Below are positions 30,519 to 40,188 of a stretch of 64,000 nucleotides of DNA, piece by piece. Origin of the DNA: Candidatus Aminicenantes bacterium (lineage in GTDB: Bacteria; Acidobacteriota; Aminicenantia; Aminicenantales; Aminicenantaceae); assembly GCA_041686095.1 (NCBI GenBank), contig JAWLEN010000001.1, positions 35,471-99,470 of the forward strand. Direction: 5' to 3'. The notes beneath the pieces are model-generated. The model saw only the letters and a list, made by a program, of their open reading frames with translations, was not told where the DNA came from and searched no databases. A program made the translations under genes and the position numbers. Positions within the stretch are counted from its first letter, which is position 1. Each line of letters starts with the position of its first letter.

Positions 30519-31837
30519 GTTATGAATTCTCCGTATAAGTCATAAGCATCACTTCCAGTGATCTTGAATTTTTCAATTCTGCCGGAATAATCTTTTTGGT
30601 CCTTTTTGGTATCAATATAGACCATTCCATCTACTTCTGGAGCTTGATATTTTGTTCTTCCCATTAGAAGAGTGGGATCTTGGGTGAGCCGTCCCTCCAC
30701 AATAACCTCCATGATCCGATCTAAATACTGTCTATTTTTATGGGCAGAAATATGTGATTGAATATCTAATAATTCACGCTGCCTTCCTATTTTTGTTTCA
30801 TAACTCACAGGATCGCCAAGTGCATAGCATTCTGTATTCTTCTCCCTCGAATAAGTAAACACTCCTAAGTGATCAAATTTAGCGGCCTGTACAAAATTTT
30901 TGAGCTCCTCATACTTCTCTTTGCTCTCTCCAGGAAAACCCACTATGAGAGTGGTCCTTAAGGCAATATCAGGAACTTTTTTTCTTATTTTCGCTATAAG
31001 TCTTAAAGCTTGAGATCCATGCATCCCTCTTCTCATCTTATTTAATATTTCGCGGTTTGAATGCTGAAAAGGACAGTCCAAATAAGAGCATATCTTATGT
31101 TCTTTGAATATATCAAGTAAAGAATCATGGATCTCTTCAGGATAAGCATACAAAACCCTTATCCATTTTATTTTTTTGATTTTGATGAGTTCTTCTATGA
31201 GAAGGGTCAAACCATTTTTTAGACCGAGGTCTTTTCCATAGTAGGTGGAATCCTGAGAAATGATATTGATTTCTTTTATTCCCTTATCCGCCAGTCTTTT
31301 TGTTTCATTCACAATAGATGAAACAGATCGGGATTGATAAGGGCCTTTAATGAGAGGAATAGCGCAAAAAGAACAGGTATGAGAACAACCCTCTGAAATT
31401 TTCACATAGGCCCAGGAAGGAGGTGTTGAAAGATACCGAGGGGATAGATGATCATACAAATAACACTTGTCTGATTTTTGATAAGGAGTGTTTGTGATGA
31501 TATCCACAATATGATTTAAATCTTTAACTCCAGTCCAATAATCCACTTCAGGAAACTTATGTTCAAGCTCACTCAAACATCTCTCTACATAACAACCTGC
31601 CACAACCACTTTTTTTTCTCCCTGAAATCTATCCTTGGCTTCAATGGCCTCTTTGATAACCGATTCTGATTCTTTTCTGGCCTCTTTGATAAATCCACAG
31701 GTATTTATAATGATGATATCTGCCTCCTCCGAATCAGCAGTGATTTCATAATCCTGTTGATTAAGATATCCCAGCATAACCTCACTATCGACCAGATTCT
31801 TAGCGCAGCCGAGGTTGATTAAGGCAACTTTTTCCAT
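30515..31837 (-). CDS. rimO: Radical-SAM methylthiotransferase (RimO-like; MiaB family) with C-terminal TRAM
   Basis: VALINLGCAKNLVDSE (UPF0004 Cys), CSHTCSFC radical-SAM cluster motif. 440 aa is a RimO-like length. Confidence 0.65.
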   Translation of the reverse strand: MEKVALINLGCAKNLVDSEVMLGYLNQQDYEITADSEEADIIIINTCGFIKEARKESESVIKEAIEAKDRFQGEKKVVVAGCYVERCLSELEHKFPEVDYWTGVKDLNHIVDIITNTPYQKSDKCYLYDHLSPRYLSTPPSWAYVKISEGCSHTCSFCAIPLIKGPYQSRSVSSIVNETKRLADKGIKEINIISQDSTYYGKDLGLKNGLTLLIEELIKIKKIKWIRVLYAYPEEIHDSLLDIFKEHKICSYLDCPFQHSNREILNKMRRGMHGSQALRLIAKIRKKVPDIALRTTLIVGFPGESKEKYEELKNFVQAAKFDHLGVFTYSREKNTECYALGDPVSYETKIGRQRELLDIQSHISAHKNRQYLDRIMEVIVEGRLTQDPTLLMGRTKYQAPEVDGMVYIDTKKDQKDYSGRIEKFKITGSDAYDLYGEFIT

Positions 31838-31890
31838 AGTCCTTTATCTTATATCAGCCCTTTTGACTCTTCAAGCGAAATGAGTTGAAA

Positions 31891-32021
31891 GGAAGCCTTT
31901 CTAATTCTGTGATACAGGTGAAGTATAATATTTATTAAGGGGAGAGGGCAAGGGATGAGGAATCCCTTGGCCTTCCCCTTATCTGTCAAATAAATTCTAT
32001 CACGGTTTTGGAAATGCTTCC
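31891..32021. mobile_element. MITE-like palindromic repeat, family A, short copy 2
   Basis: Shares the GGGGAGAGGGCAAGGGAT...ATCCCTTGGCCTTCCCC core arms. Flanked by 9-bp direct repeat GAGTTGAAA (31882-31890 and 32022-32030). Confidence 0.75.
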
Positions 32022-32044
32022 GAGTTGAAATTCGGAATAAATAA

Positions 32045-33337
32045 TTAGGGATATATTCGATAAAGCAGCCTGGGAAACGGAATGGTTTCTCTGATATGCT
32101 TGATGTTGCAGATCCAAGCTAAAGTGCGTTCAATTCCCAAGCCAAACCCAGAATGAGGGACCGATCCGAATTTCCTTAAATCAACATACCACTGATAGTC
32201 TTTTTTGGGAAGATCATGTTCTTTTATCTTTTTTTCAAGGAGCTTTAGATCATGTATCCTTTGACCACCGCCTATGATTTCTCCATATCCCTCAGAGGCA
32301 AGCACATCTAAGCCCAGCACTAGGTCAGGCCGTTTATCATCAGGCTGCATATAAAACGCTTTGATCTTAGCAGGAAAATGTGTTATGCAAACCGGCTGCT
32401 TGAATATTTTTGATATCAAAGTTTCTTCAGGAGCTCCGAAGTCATCTCCAAATTGCAACTTCCTTCCTTCTTTTTCAAGTTCCTGAAGGATTTCTTCATA
32501 AGTTAATTGAGGAAAAGGCTTTTTTACCTGCTCAAGAGGTTTCATATTTCTCTCTAGTGTATCAAGTTCTGTTTTTTTGTTTTCTAAAACTCTCTCAATA
32601 AGGTAAAGAACAAGATCTTCGCTTAATTCCTTTATGTCATCCAGCTCAGCAAAAGCAACCTCTGGTTCGGCCATCCAAAATTCAATCAGATGCCTTCGGG
32701 TCTTGGATTTTTCAGCCCTGAAGGTAGGGCCAAAGCAGTAAACCTTTCCAAAGGCCATAGCTGTGGCTTCATTATAAAGCTGCCCGCTTTGGCTGAGAAA
32801 AGCGCTTTGATCAAAATATTCTGTTTCAAAAAGGGTGGTGGTTCCTTCACAGGCACTCGGAGTAAGGATAGGAGTGTCCATGAGACGGAAACCTCTGTTA
32901 TCAAAAAAGTCCCTCACTGCCTTTATTAACTCAGTTCTTATTTGAAGGATGGCATTCTGTTTCCGGGACCTCAGCCAGAGATGCCTGTTTTTCATCAGAA
33001 AGGAGATTCCGTGCTTTTTAGGAGTGATGGGATAATCTTTAGCCACTTGGATGATCTCAATCTCGCTGACACTTATTTCATATCCACCTGGTGCTCTTTG
33101 TTCCTTTCGGACTTGACCTCTCATATAAAGAGATGATTCCTGGGTCAATCGATCAAATTTTTTAAAAGCAGGACTGTCTTTTTTAGGGCTATAAATAGTC
33201 CCCTGGACATAGCCAGTTCCATCTCTCACAATGATGAATCTTATTTTCCCGCTGGAACGTTTGTTATAGACCCAGCCTCTTATTTCGACTTGCTGGTTCT
33301 CATGCTTTGGAAGGTCCTCAATATATACCCATTTCAT
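32045..33337 (-). CDS. asnS: Asparagine--tRNA ligase (class IIb AsxRS; Asn vs Asp assignment tentative)
   Basis: 430 aa; N-terminal OB-fold anticodon-binding domain; class II motifs (FRAE, GLGIER). Confidence 0.7.
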   Translation of the reverse strand: MKWVYIEDLPKHENQQVEIRGWVYNKRSSGKIRFIIVRDGTGYVQGTIYSPKKDSPAFKKFDRLTQESSLYMRGQVRKEQRAPGGYEISVSEIEIIQVAKDYPITPKKHGISFLMKNRHLWLRSRKQNAILQIRTELIKAVRDFFDNRGFRLMDTPILTPSACEGTTTLFETEYFDQSAFLSQSGQLYNEATAMAFGKVYCFGPTFRAEKSKTRRHLIEFWMAEPEVAFAELDDIKELSEDLVLYLIERVLENKKTELDTLERNMKPLEQVKKPFPQLTYEEILQELEKEGRKLQFGDDFGAPEETLISKIFKQPVCITHFPAKIKAFYMQPDDKRPDLVLGLDVLASEGYGEIIGGGQRIHDLKLLEKKIKEHDLPKKDYQWYVDLRKFGSVPHSGFGLGIERTLAWICNIKHIRETIPFPRLLYRIYP

Positions 33338-33432
33338 AATGGGAAGAATTATAAAAGATATTGTCTCAAATGTCTATTCATTGTCATTGAGAATTTGAGT
33401 TATGTTTTTTATTAATATAAAATTTTGAGGTA

Positions 33433-33966
33433 ATGGCTGAAACAAAATCATTTGAAAAACGGAAATTAATCATAGGAGTCATGGCTGGAAAGCTAGAATT
33501 TTTTCTAAGTGCTGAGAAGGAAGTGCAGCGCTTATTTGGTCCTATTGATTTAAAAAGTGATGTGTTTGAGTTCACTTATTCAGATTATTATTCAAAACAG
33601 ATGGGCGGGGCTTCCCTGAGCAGAAAATTTTTAAGTTTTGAAAAATTGATCGATCCTGAAAAATTGAGTGAAATAAAAATAAACACCAACCATCTCGAAG
33701 AAAAAATAAGAAAAAAATTCCACAGATACCATCGCATAGTGAATTTAGATCCTGGGCTCGTGAACTCTTCCTCTTTAATTATGGCGACAGTCAAAGACTT
33801 TGCTCACAGGATTCCTTTAAGTCAGGGAATATACGGTCATTTAGAACTTTTGTTTGGTAAAGATGAAATAAGAACCATTAATTGGACTTATCCAGATTTT
33901 AGAGAGAAGACCTACCACTCGTTTTTCCTAAAGGTAAGAAAAAAATACCTTAAACAGATAAAATAA
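33433..33966 (+). CDS. Conserved hypothetical protein (177 aa, no assignable function)
   Basis: Clean ORF with a plausible start; no recognisable catalytic motifs. Confidence 0.4.
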   Translation: MAETKSFEKRKLIIGVMAGKLEFFLSAEKEVQRLFGPIDLKSDVFEFTYSDYYSKQMGGASLSRKFLSFEKLIDPEKLSEIKINTNHLEEKIRKKFHRYHRIVNLDPGLVNSSSLIMATVKDFAHRIPLSQGIYGHLELLFGKDEIRTINWTYPDFREKTYHSFFLKVRKKYLKQIK

Positions 33967-33969
33967 ACA

Positions 33970-35139
33970 TCAATCTTCTAAACCCGAGGATATTTTTCTG
34001 AGATTATCGATGATTTCTGGAAGTTCTTTGAGAACAGTTTTGATGTCTTCTTCTGTGTTGAATCTTCCAATAGAAAATCTAAGAGAGGAACGGGCTTGTT
34101 CCGGACTAAGCCCTATGGCGGTGAGAACATGAGAGACATCATCAGAGTCTTCACTACAGGCAGAACCTGTTGAAACATAGATTCCTTTGGTAGCTAAAGC
34201 CAAGAGAACCGCTTCTGCTTCCAGTCTAAGAAAAGAAAAATTCAATGTTGTCTTAATCCGTTCTTCTTCAGGACCATTAAACTTAATATCAGGGACGCTG
34301 GACTCTATTCCTTTTTTGAGCTGATTAGCCAGCTTGTAAAGTCTTTTTTTATCTTTTTTTAACCTATCAGTGGCTATTTTAGCTGCTTCTCCAAATCCCA
34401 CAATCCCAGCTGTGTTTTCGGTTCCCGCTCTCATTTTTCCTTCTTGATGCCCTCCATGGATGAGAGGGAGGAGGGGAGTCCCTTTTTTAACAAATAAAGC
34501 TCCCACTCCTTTGGGACCATAAATTTTATGACCTGATATGGATAAAAGATCAACACCTAACTTATGAACATCAAATTCTATTTTTCCAAATGTCTGAACC
34601 GCGTCTGTGTGCACTAATGCTTCTTTGTTTTTGGCAATCCGGACAATATCCTCAATAGGCTGAAGAGCGCCGATTTCATTATTCGCATGCATGATGGAAA
34701 CAAGGGCTGTCTTTGAAGTCACTTTTTCTTGGAACCTATCCAAGTCAATCATGCCGTATTTATCAACAGGAACAAAAGAGACCTTTTTCCCCAATTTTTT
34801 CAGATAATTGGCTGTTTCTATAACGGCAGGATGCTCAATAGCAGAAGTGACAAATTCATCTTTTTCAGGAAAAGCTTCCATAACTCCCCTGATGGCAAAA
34901 TTATCTGATTCTGTTCCGGAAGCGGTGAAAATGATTTCACTTCTCTCTGCTCCGAGTCCGTCAGCTATATTTTCACGAGCCTGGTTTATGGATTCTTTAG
35001 CTTCCCTTCCTATAGGGTAAAGAGAAGAAGGATTCCCGAACTGGTGTTCCAGAAACAAAGACATCTTTTGACATACCTGAGGATCGATTTGAGTGGTGGC
35101 ATTGTTGTCAAGATAAATCATCGGACTATCAATACTCAC
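33970..35139 (-). CDS. Cysteine desulfurase (NifS/IscS-like, class V aminotransferase)
   Basis: IYLDNNATTQ N-terminus, SGHKIYGPKGVGAL PLP-Lys motif, SACSE active-site Cys. Confidence 0.85.
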   Translation of the reverse strand: MSIDSPMIYLDNNATTQIDPQVCQKMSLFLEHQFGNPSSLYPIGREAKESINQARENIADGLGAERSEIIFTASGTESDNFAIRGVMEAFPEKDEFVTSAIEHPAVIETANYLKKLGKKVSFVPVDKYGMIDLDRFQEKVTSKTALVSIMHANNEIGALQPIEDIVRIAKNKEALVHTDAVQTFGKIEFDVHKLGVDLLSISGHKIYGPKGVGALFVKKGTPLLPLIHGGHQEGKMRAGTENTAGIVGFGEAAKIATDRLKKDKKRLYKLANQLKKGIESSVPDIKFNGPEEERIKTTLNFSFLRLEAEAVLLALATKGIYVSTGSACSEDSDDVSHVLTAIGLSPEQARSSLRFSIGRFNTEEDIKTVLKELPEIIDNLRKISSGLED

Positions 35140-36041
35140 AAATATTTTTCCTTAAGTATTTTAACCACTTCCAATCCCGCTCTTCTCTGTCCTTCGGCAC
35201 AGGCCGCTCCTATATGGGGAGTCGCAAGAACATTAGGATGATCAATGAGATCGAATTCCTCCGGAGGTTCTACCTCACACACATCCATGGCCGCGGCTTT
35301 GACTTTTCCTTCATCGAGTGCTTTTAAAAGGGCTTTCTCATCCACCACTCCTCCTCGAGCCGCATTCACGATCACCACTCCATCTTTCATTTTCGAGAAC
35401 TCTTCATCGCTTATGATATGTTTGGTGTCTTTTGTTAAAGGCAGGTGGAGAGAGATGATATCCGCCCGTTTGAAAAGTTCATCTAAGGATACTTGTTCAA
35501 TATCAAGGTCAGTTTTGACTTCAACAACATCATACACAATGACCTTCATCCCAAAAGCAATGGCTCTTTGGGCAACAGCCAGTCCTATCCTACCACTCCC
35601 GATAATCCCCAATGTTTTTCCATAAAGTTCACTTCCTTTTAATTTCTTTTTCTCCCATTTGTGCTGTTTCATGGATAAATTTCCTCTGCCGTGCTGCCGC
35701 ACCGCTCCTAACATCAGTCCAAATGTATGCTCAGCCACAGAAATAGTAGTGGCCGTAGGTGTATTCCTCACCTCAATCCCTTTTTCTTCAGCTGCATCAA
35801 GGTCAATGTTATCCAGCCCTATCCCAGCTCGGATGATAAGCTCTAAGTTTGAGGCAGCCTCAACAACGTTTTTAGTTATTTTGGTGGCACTTCTAACCAC
35901 AGCTGCATTGTAATCAGGAATTGTTTTTATCAGTTCAGATTCATCCATTCCTGTTTTTAATGTAACATCTAAATCAGATAAAGACTTAAGCTCTTCCAAA
36001 GCATCAGGATGTAAAGCATCACATATTAATACTTTTTTCAT
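35136..36041 (-). CDS. D-isomer-specific 2-hydroxyacid dehydrogenase (short SerA-like phosphoglycerate dehydrogenase)
   Basis: GIIGSGRIG NAD motif; catalytic R/E/H pattern. Adjacent to a class V aminotransferase, which suggests serine biosynthesis. Confidence 0.65.
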   Translation of the reverse strand: MKKVLICDALHPDALEELKSLSDLDVTLKTGMDESELIKTIPDYNAAVVRSATKITKNVVEAASNLELIIRAGIGLDNIDLDAAEEKGIEVRNTPTATTISVAEHTFGLMLGAVRQHGRGNLSMKQHKWEKKKLKGSELYGKTLGIIGSGRIGLAVAQRAIAFGMKVIVYDVVEVKTDLDIEQVSLDELFKRADIISLHLPLTKDTKHIISDEEFSKMKDGVVIVNAARGGVVDEKALLKALDEGKVKAAAMDVCEVEPPEEFDLIDHPNVLATPHIGAACAEGQRRAGLEVVKILKEKYL

Positions 36042-37183
36042 TATAAATCCTCCTTTAATGTCTTTTCAGCAGCTTTGATTGACTCTCCCAGTTCAAATCC
36101 GTATCCAAGTTCAGAGAGAGTCATCTCGAGTGCTGATAAAGCAATGATAATATCAAACCGACTCATATATCCTAAATGAGAAATCCTAAAAAACTCACCT
36201 TTGTGAGGGGCCTGAGAACCCGCTATATAAACACCATATTTATTATGCATGATTTCTATCAGCTTAAGCCCGTCTATTCCCTCAGGTATTTTAACAGCTG
36301 TTAATATATTGCCTGGATTTTCAGCTAAAAGTTCTAGACCCAAAGCTTTAATTCCTGCCCGGGTGGCTCTCCCGAGCAAGCTGTGATGTTCTATGAGATC
36401 ATTTAATCCTATATTTCTAATGATTTCCAGGGCTTTTTGTTGCTGAACAATCAAAGAAATTCCAGGAGAATAAGGAGTTGTCTTTTTCTCCAAGCTCTGT
36501 TTAGCGCTCTTGGCATCAAAATAAAATTTAGGAAGTGAAGATTCTTCAACAAAACCCCACGCTTTCTGGCTGAAAGCTATATATGAAAGTCCAGGAGGAA
36601 CCATAAAAACTTTTTGTGAGCCGGCAATCAAAACATCTATATTCCATTCATCCATAGGGCATGGAGCCGCACCTAATCCTGAAATTCCATCCACCACGAA
36701 CAGGATTTCTTTATTTTTAAGCACTTTACTGTATCCTTTTATGTCATAAACAGCTCCTGTTGATGTCTCAGAAAGAGTAGAAAAAACAGCTTTAATATCA
36801 GGACTGTTTGAAAGATCCGCTCTGAGTTTATCCTTAGGATAGCCTTTTCCCCATTTGATTTTAATATCTTTTGTTTTCAAACCATATTCCCTGCATAGGC
36901 AAGCCCATCTGTTTCCAAATTTACCGCCATTTATTACCAAAACTTCATCGCCAGGAGAAAGAGTATTCACCACAGCGGCTTCCATAGCTCCTGTGCCAGA
37001 GGAAGTCAAAACAAATACATCTTGTTTGGTTTGAAACACGTATTGAAGCCCTTGAACAACTTCCATAAATATTTTAGAAAATTCAGGCGTCCTGTGATGG
37101 ATCAAAGGCTGAGCTGCTGCAGAGAGGACAATCTCAGGAATGGGTGTTGGACCAGGGGATATAAGATATTTTTTCTTAATCAT
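36041..37183 (-). CDS. Class V aminotransferase (serine-pyruvate/alanine-glyoxylate or archaeal-type phosphoserine aminotransferase)
   Basis: LISPGPTPIP N-terminus; the PLP-Lys region has SQKVFMVPPGL. Start chosen at MIKKKYLISPGP (37183); the ORF track extends to 37330. Confidence 0.65.
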   Translation of the reverse strand: MIKKKYLISPGPTPIPEIVLSAAAQPLIHHRTPEFSKIFMEVVQGLQYVFQTKQDVFVLTSSGTGAMEAAVVNTLSPGDEVLVINGGKFGNRWACLCREYGLKTKDIKIKWGKGYPKDKLRADLSNSPDIKAVFSTLSETSTGAVYDIKGYSKVLKNKEILFVVDGISGLGAAPCPMDEWNIDVLIAGSQKVFMVPPGLSYIAFSQKAWGFVEESSLPKFYFDAKSAKQSLEKKTTPYSPGISLIVQQQKALEIIRNIGLNDLIEHHSLLGRATRAGIKALGLELLAENPGNILTAVKIPEGIDGLKLIEIMHNKYGVYIAGSQAPHKGEFFRISHLGYMSRFDIIIALSALEMTLSELGYGFELGESIKAAEKTLKEDL

Positions 37184-37328
37184 CTGCAGCTCTTTATTAT
37201 ATTCATTTTTATGAATGAGGTAAATATATTTATCCGGATCAATTCCTTTAATTTTCTTAATGCAGCTCGAATATCTAAATTTACAGATTTTCTTGACATG
37301 TTCCTTTGATATGATTAATTTTTTAGCC

Positions 37329-38681
37329 ATGTCTATTTTCTTTTATCTGGGAGAGTTTGTCTTTGCTGTGGTACTTCTGGGATTACTTGTGTTCAATGTA
37401 TTCAGTGCTGTCGAAAAAGAAAAGCGTGCTTTCCAAAGAAGTTTTTACGTTATCTTAGGTGTGTTATTTCTCAATGCCTTTGTATTACTGCTGCCTTTCA
37501 TCATCAAAAATATCATTCTGGGAGCTTTTTTTCTGTTATTTATCCTAGTGTTAATATTTATTCTTTTTTCTCCCAAACCAAATAAAAGCACAGAAATAAC
37601 AGGGAAACAGAGGAAAATAGATGAACGGGATATTATCTTTTCACGATTTGACCTCAAACAAGGGTCTCATCTTTATCATGAGTATTACAAAAGAAAAAAA
37701 GAATATAAAAATACAGACGATCGGATCAGAAAAAATCCGGATATACTCACCTCTTATCATATGGCCAGAGACAGAATAAATTTTTCTTTGGCTGATTCTG
37801 AGTTTGATTTTCTGGAATATCTGCTGAACCGAACAAAGGCTGACATTTCCAGTGAAAAAATGAATATGGAAAAGCCAAAGAACACCCGCCTTGTAAAAAA
37901 TGTCTTGAAGTATCTAGGGGCCGATATTTCCGGTATCTGTGAACTGGATCAATCTTATGTTTACTCTCATGTAGGAAGAGGGCCTAATGCCTACGGATCG
38001 ACTATAGAATGCAAGCATAAATACGCTATTGTGTTCGCCATAAAAATGAACTTTGAATTCATTTCCATGTCTCCAAAGCCTCCTGTTATTGTTGAAACCG
38101 CTCATAAGTATGTCAAAGCAGCTAACATATCGATCGTCACAGCCAACTTCATTCGAAAACTAGGACATCCTGCGAGAGCTCACTTCGCAGGAAGCGATTA
38201 TAAAGCCATGGTTCCTCCGTTGGCCTATAAAGCCGGCCTTGGGGAAATTGGAAGATTAGGGATTTTGATTACAGAAGATTATGGGCCCAGAGTGAGGCTG
38301 GGGCTTATCACCACTGATCTGCCTCTCGATATAGATAAACCCAGAGTGTTCGGTGTTCAAAGTTTTTGTGAAACATGTAAAAAATGTGCTTTAAACTGTC
38401 CCTCCCGTGCTATCCCTTTTGGAGAAAAAAAAGAAGAAAACGGTTCTTTTAGATGGATTATCAATAGAGAAGCTTGTTATGAATTTTGGAGAAAATGTGG
38501 GACAGACTGTGCCAAATGCATTTATGTCTGTCCTTACAGCAAACCAAATAATTTAATGCATAACATAATTAGAATCGCTAACTCAAAATCCACAGGAGTA
38601 CAAAAGCTGTGTTTAAAAGGAGATGATTTTTTCTACGGGACTCACCCCAAAGAAAAAAAATCTCTTGATTGGACAAAATAA
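37329..38681 (+). CDS. Reductive dehalogenase / epoxyqueuosine reductase (RdhA-QueG) superfamily Fe-S protein with N-terminal 3-TM membrane anchor
   Basis: KAGLGEIGRLGILITEDYGPRVRLGLITTDLPL signature of RdhA/QueG. Two 4Fe-4S motifs (CETCKKCALNCP; CGTDCAKCIYVCP). Hydrophobic N-terminus. Confidence 0.55.
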   Translation: MSIFFYLGEFVFAVVLLGLLVFNVFSAVEKEKRAFQRSFYVILGVLFLNAFVLLLPFIIKNIILGAFFLLFILVLIFILFSPKPNKSTEITGKQRKIDERDIIFSRFDLKQGSHLYHEYYKRKKEYKNTDDRIRKNPDILTSYHMARDRINFSLADSEFDFLEYLLNRTKADISSEKMNMEKPKNTRLVKNVLKYLGADISGICELDQSYVYSHVGRGPNAYGSTIECKHKYAIVFAIKMNFEFISMSPKPPVIVETAHKYVKAANISIVTANFIRKLGHPARAHFAGSDYKAMVPPLAYKAGLGEIGRLGILITEDYGPRVRLGLITTDLPLDIDKPRVFGVQSFCETCKKCALNCPSRAIPFGEKKEENGSFRWIINREACYEFWRKCGTDCAKCIYVCPYSKPNNLMHNIIRIANSKSTGVQKLCLKGDDFFYGTHPKEKKSLDWTK

Positions 38682-38733
38682 TAAATATTTTAGATACTAA
38701 TCAATGAGATAAGTAAAAATTAAAAAAAGGAGA

Positions 38734-40062
38734 ATGAAAATGGGGAAAAGCCGCAGGCAATTCATTAGAGAAATCGGATTAGGTGTTGGTTCTATTGGAA
38801 TGTTTGGACTTTTAAGTAAGAATGCCCAAGCAGGACTCAAGTCAAAACTAAATGAAGTCAAAGGTCTTCCCGCTCAAAAAATAGCCCAAGATGAGGACTT
38901 CTGGTTCTATGTCCAACAAGCGTTTAATATTGATAGAAGTCTCATAAATTTTAATAACGGAGGGGTTCATCCAGCTCCTAAAATAGTCATCGATGCTGTC
39001 AAAAGATACATGGATTTCTCAAACGGAGCCCCGGCTTATAATTCCTGGCGTTTCTTGCGTCCCAGAAAAGAACTCATCCGAAAAAGGTTGGCTGATACAT
39101 TCGGGTGTTCGCCTGAAGAAATGGCCATCACTAGGAATGTCACAGAATCCATGCAGATCGCTTTATTGGGATTAGAATTAGAACCAGGGGATGAAATTTT
39201 AACCACCACCCATGACTATCCCTCTATGAAAAACGCTCTTTATCAACGACAAAAAAGAGAAGGGATTAAAGTCAAAACATTTTCATTTCCTTATCCTCCC
39301 AAGAACTTAAAAGTCCTGACTGATCTATTCGAAAAAAATATTACCCCAAAAACAAAATTAATCTTATTATGCCATATCACTAACCTCACCGGTCAGATAT
39401 TTCCAGTGAAAGATATATGCCGACTAGCCAAACAACATGGCATAGAAGTCGTCATTGACGGAGCCCATTCCTTTGGGCACTTTGTGTATAAACAAAAAGA
39501 TCTTGAATGTGATATTTACGGCGCCAATCTCCACAAATGGATGATGGGTCCTATAGGAACAGGATTTCTCTATGTTAAAAAAGAAAAGATAAAGAAAATC
39601 TGGCCTTTGTTTCCTGCCCCAGATCCAACCAGTGATGATATTCGAAAATTCGAACATGTGGGCACCCAACCAGAAGCCCTGAAATTAGCGATCGGTGATG
39701 CGCTGACCTTTCATCATGGAATTGGAGGAAAAAGAAAAGAAGAAAGATTGAGGTATTTAAGAAACTATTGGGCTAAGGAAATCGAACAGCTTCCAGGAGT
39801 CAAAATTTTAACCTCATACAGCCCTGATCAGTCCTGCGGCATAGGGGCTTTTGCCTTAGAAAACAGAGATATCAGCGAGCTTCAAAAACAGCTTCTTGAT
39901 AAACTCAAACTCTACACTATTAATGTTGGTGTTCCTTCTCCCCAAGAAGGAGGCGAAAAGGTCACTGGAATGAGAGTGACCCCCAGTATTTATTCCACCA
40001 TCCAAGAGCTGGATATCTTTATTGACGGAGTTAAAAAATTCATGAAAAATGGATCCATATGA
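38734..40062 (+). CDS. Class V aminotransferase-fold PLP enzyme with twin-arginine (Tat) signal peptide
   Basis: SRRQFIREIGLGVGSIGMFGLLSKNAQA is a Tat signal. ITNLTGQIFPV...DGAHSFGH...NLHKWMMGPIGTG is typical of the class V (isopenicillin-N-epimerase / cysteine-desulfurase-like) fold. Confidence 0.6.
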   Translation: MKMGKSRRQFIREIGLGVGSIGMFGLLSKNAQAGLKSKLNEVKGLPAQKIAQDEDFWFYVQQAFNIDRSLINFNNGGVHPAPKIVIDAVKRYMDFSNGAPAYNSWRFLRPRKELIRKRLADTFGCSPEEMAITRNVTESMQIALLGLELEPGDEILTTTHDYPSMKNALYQRQKREGIKVKTFSFPYPPKNLKVLTDLFEKNITPKTKLILLCHITNLTGQIFPVKDICRLAKQHGIEVVIDGAHSFGHFVYKQKDLECDIYGANLHKWMMGPIGTGFLYVKKEKIKKIWPLFPAPDPTSDDIRKFEHVGTQPEALKLAIGDALTFHHGIGGKRKEERLRYLRNYWAKEIEQLPGVKILTSYSPDQSCGIGAFALENRDISELQKQLLDKLKLYTINVGVPSPQEGGEKVTGMRVTPSIYSTIQELDIFIDGVKKFMKNGSI

Positions 40063-40188
40063 TATTTGTCTTTTGTTTCTCCTTAAATAAGTTATTGTTC
40101 CAGAAAGAGAATGAATAAAAAAATTGATTTAAATAAGAAAAATACGTAGATTAATTACCATAAAGAGATAACACAAACTGAGAGAGAA

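Noticed and set aside
35245-35913. Plus-strand ORFs (126 and 84 aa) inside the serA-like gene, and similar antisense ORFs in dnaK, the malic enzyme gene, hyuA, etc.
   Set aside because: They are antisense to strongly conserved genes, Ser/Ala/Thr-rich and low-complexity. Typical shadow ORFs.
37184-37330. 49-codon N-terminal extension of the class V aminotransferase (overlapping the RdhA-like gene start)
   Set aside because: Class V aminotransferases start a few residues before the GPTP motif. An internal Met at 37183 fits, and the extension is Lys-rich leader-like sequence.
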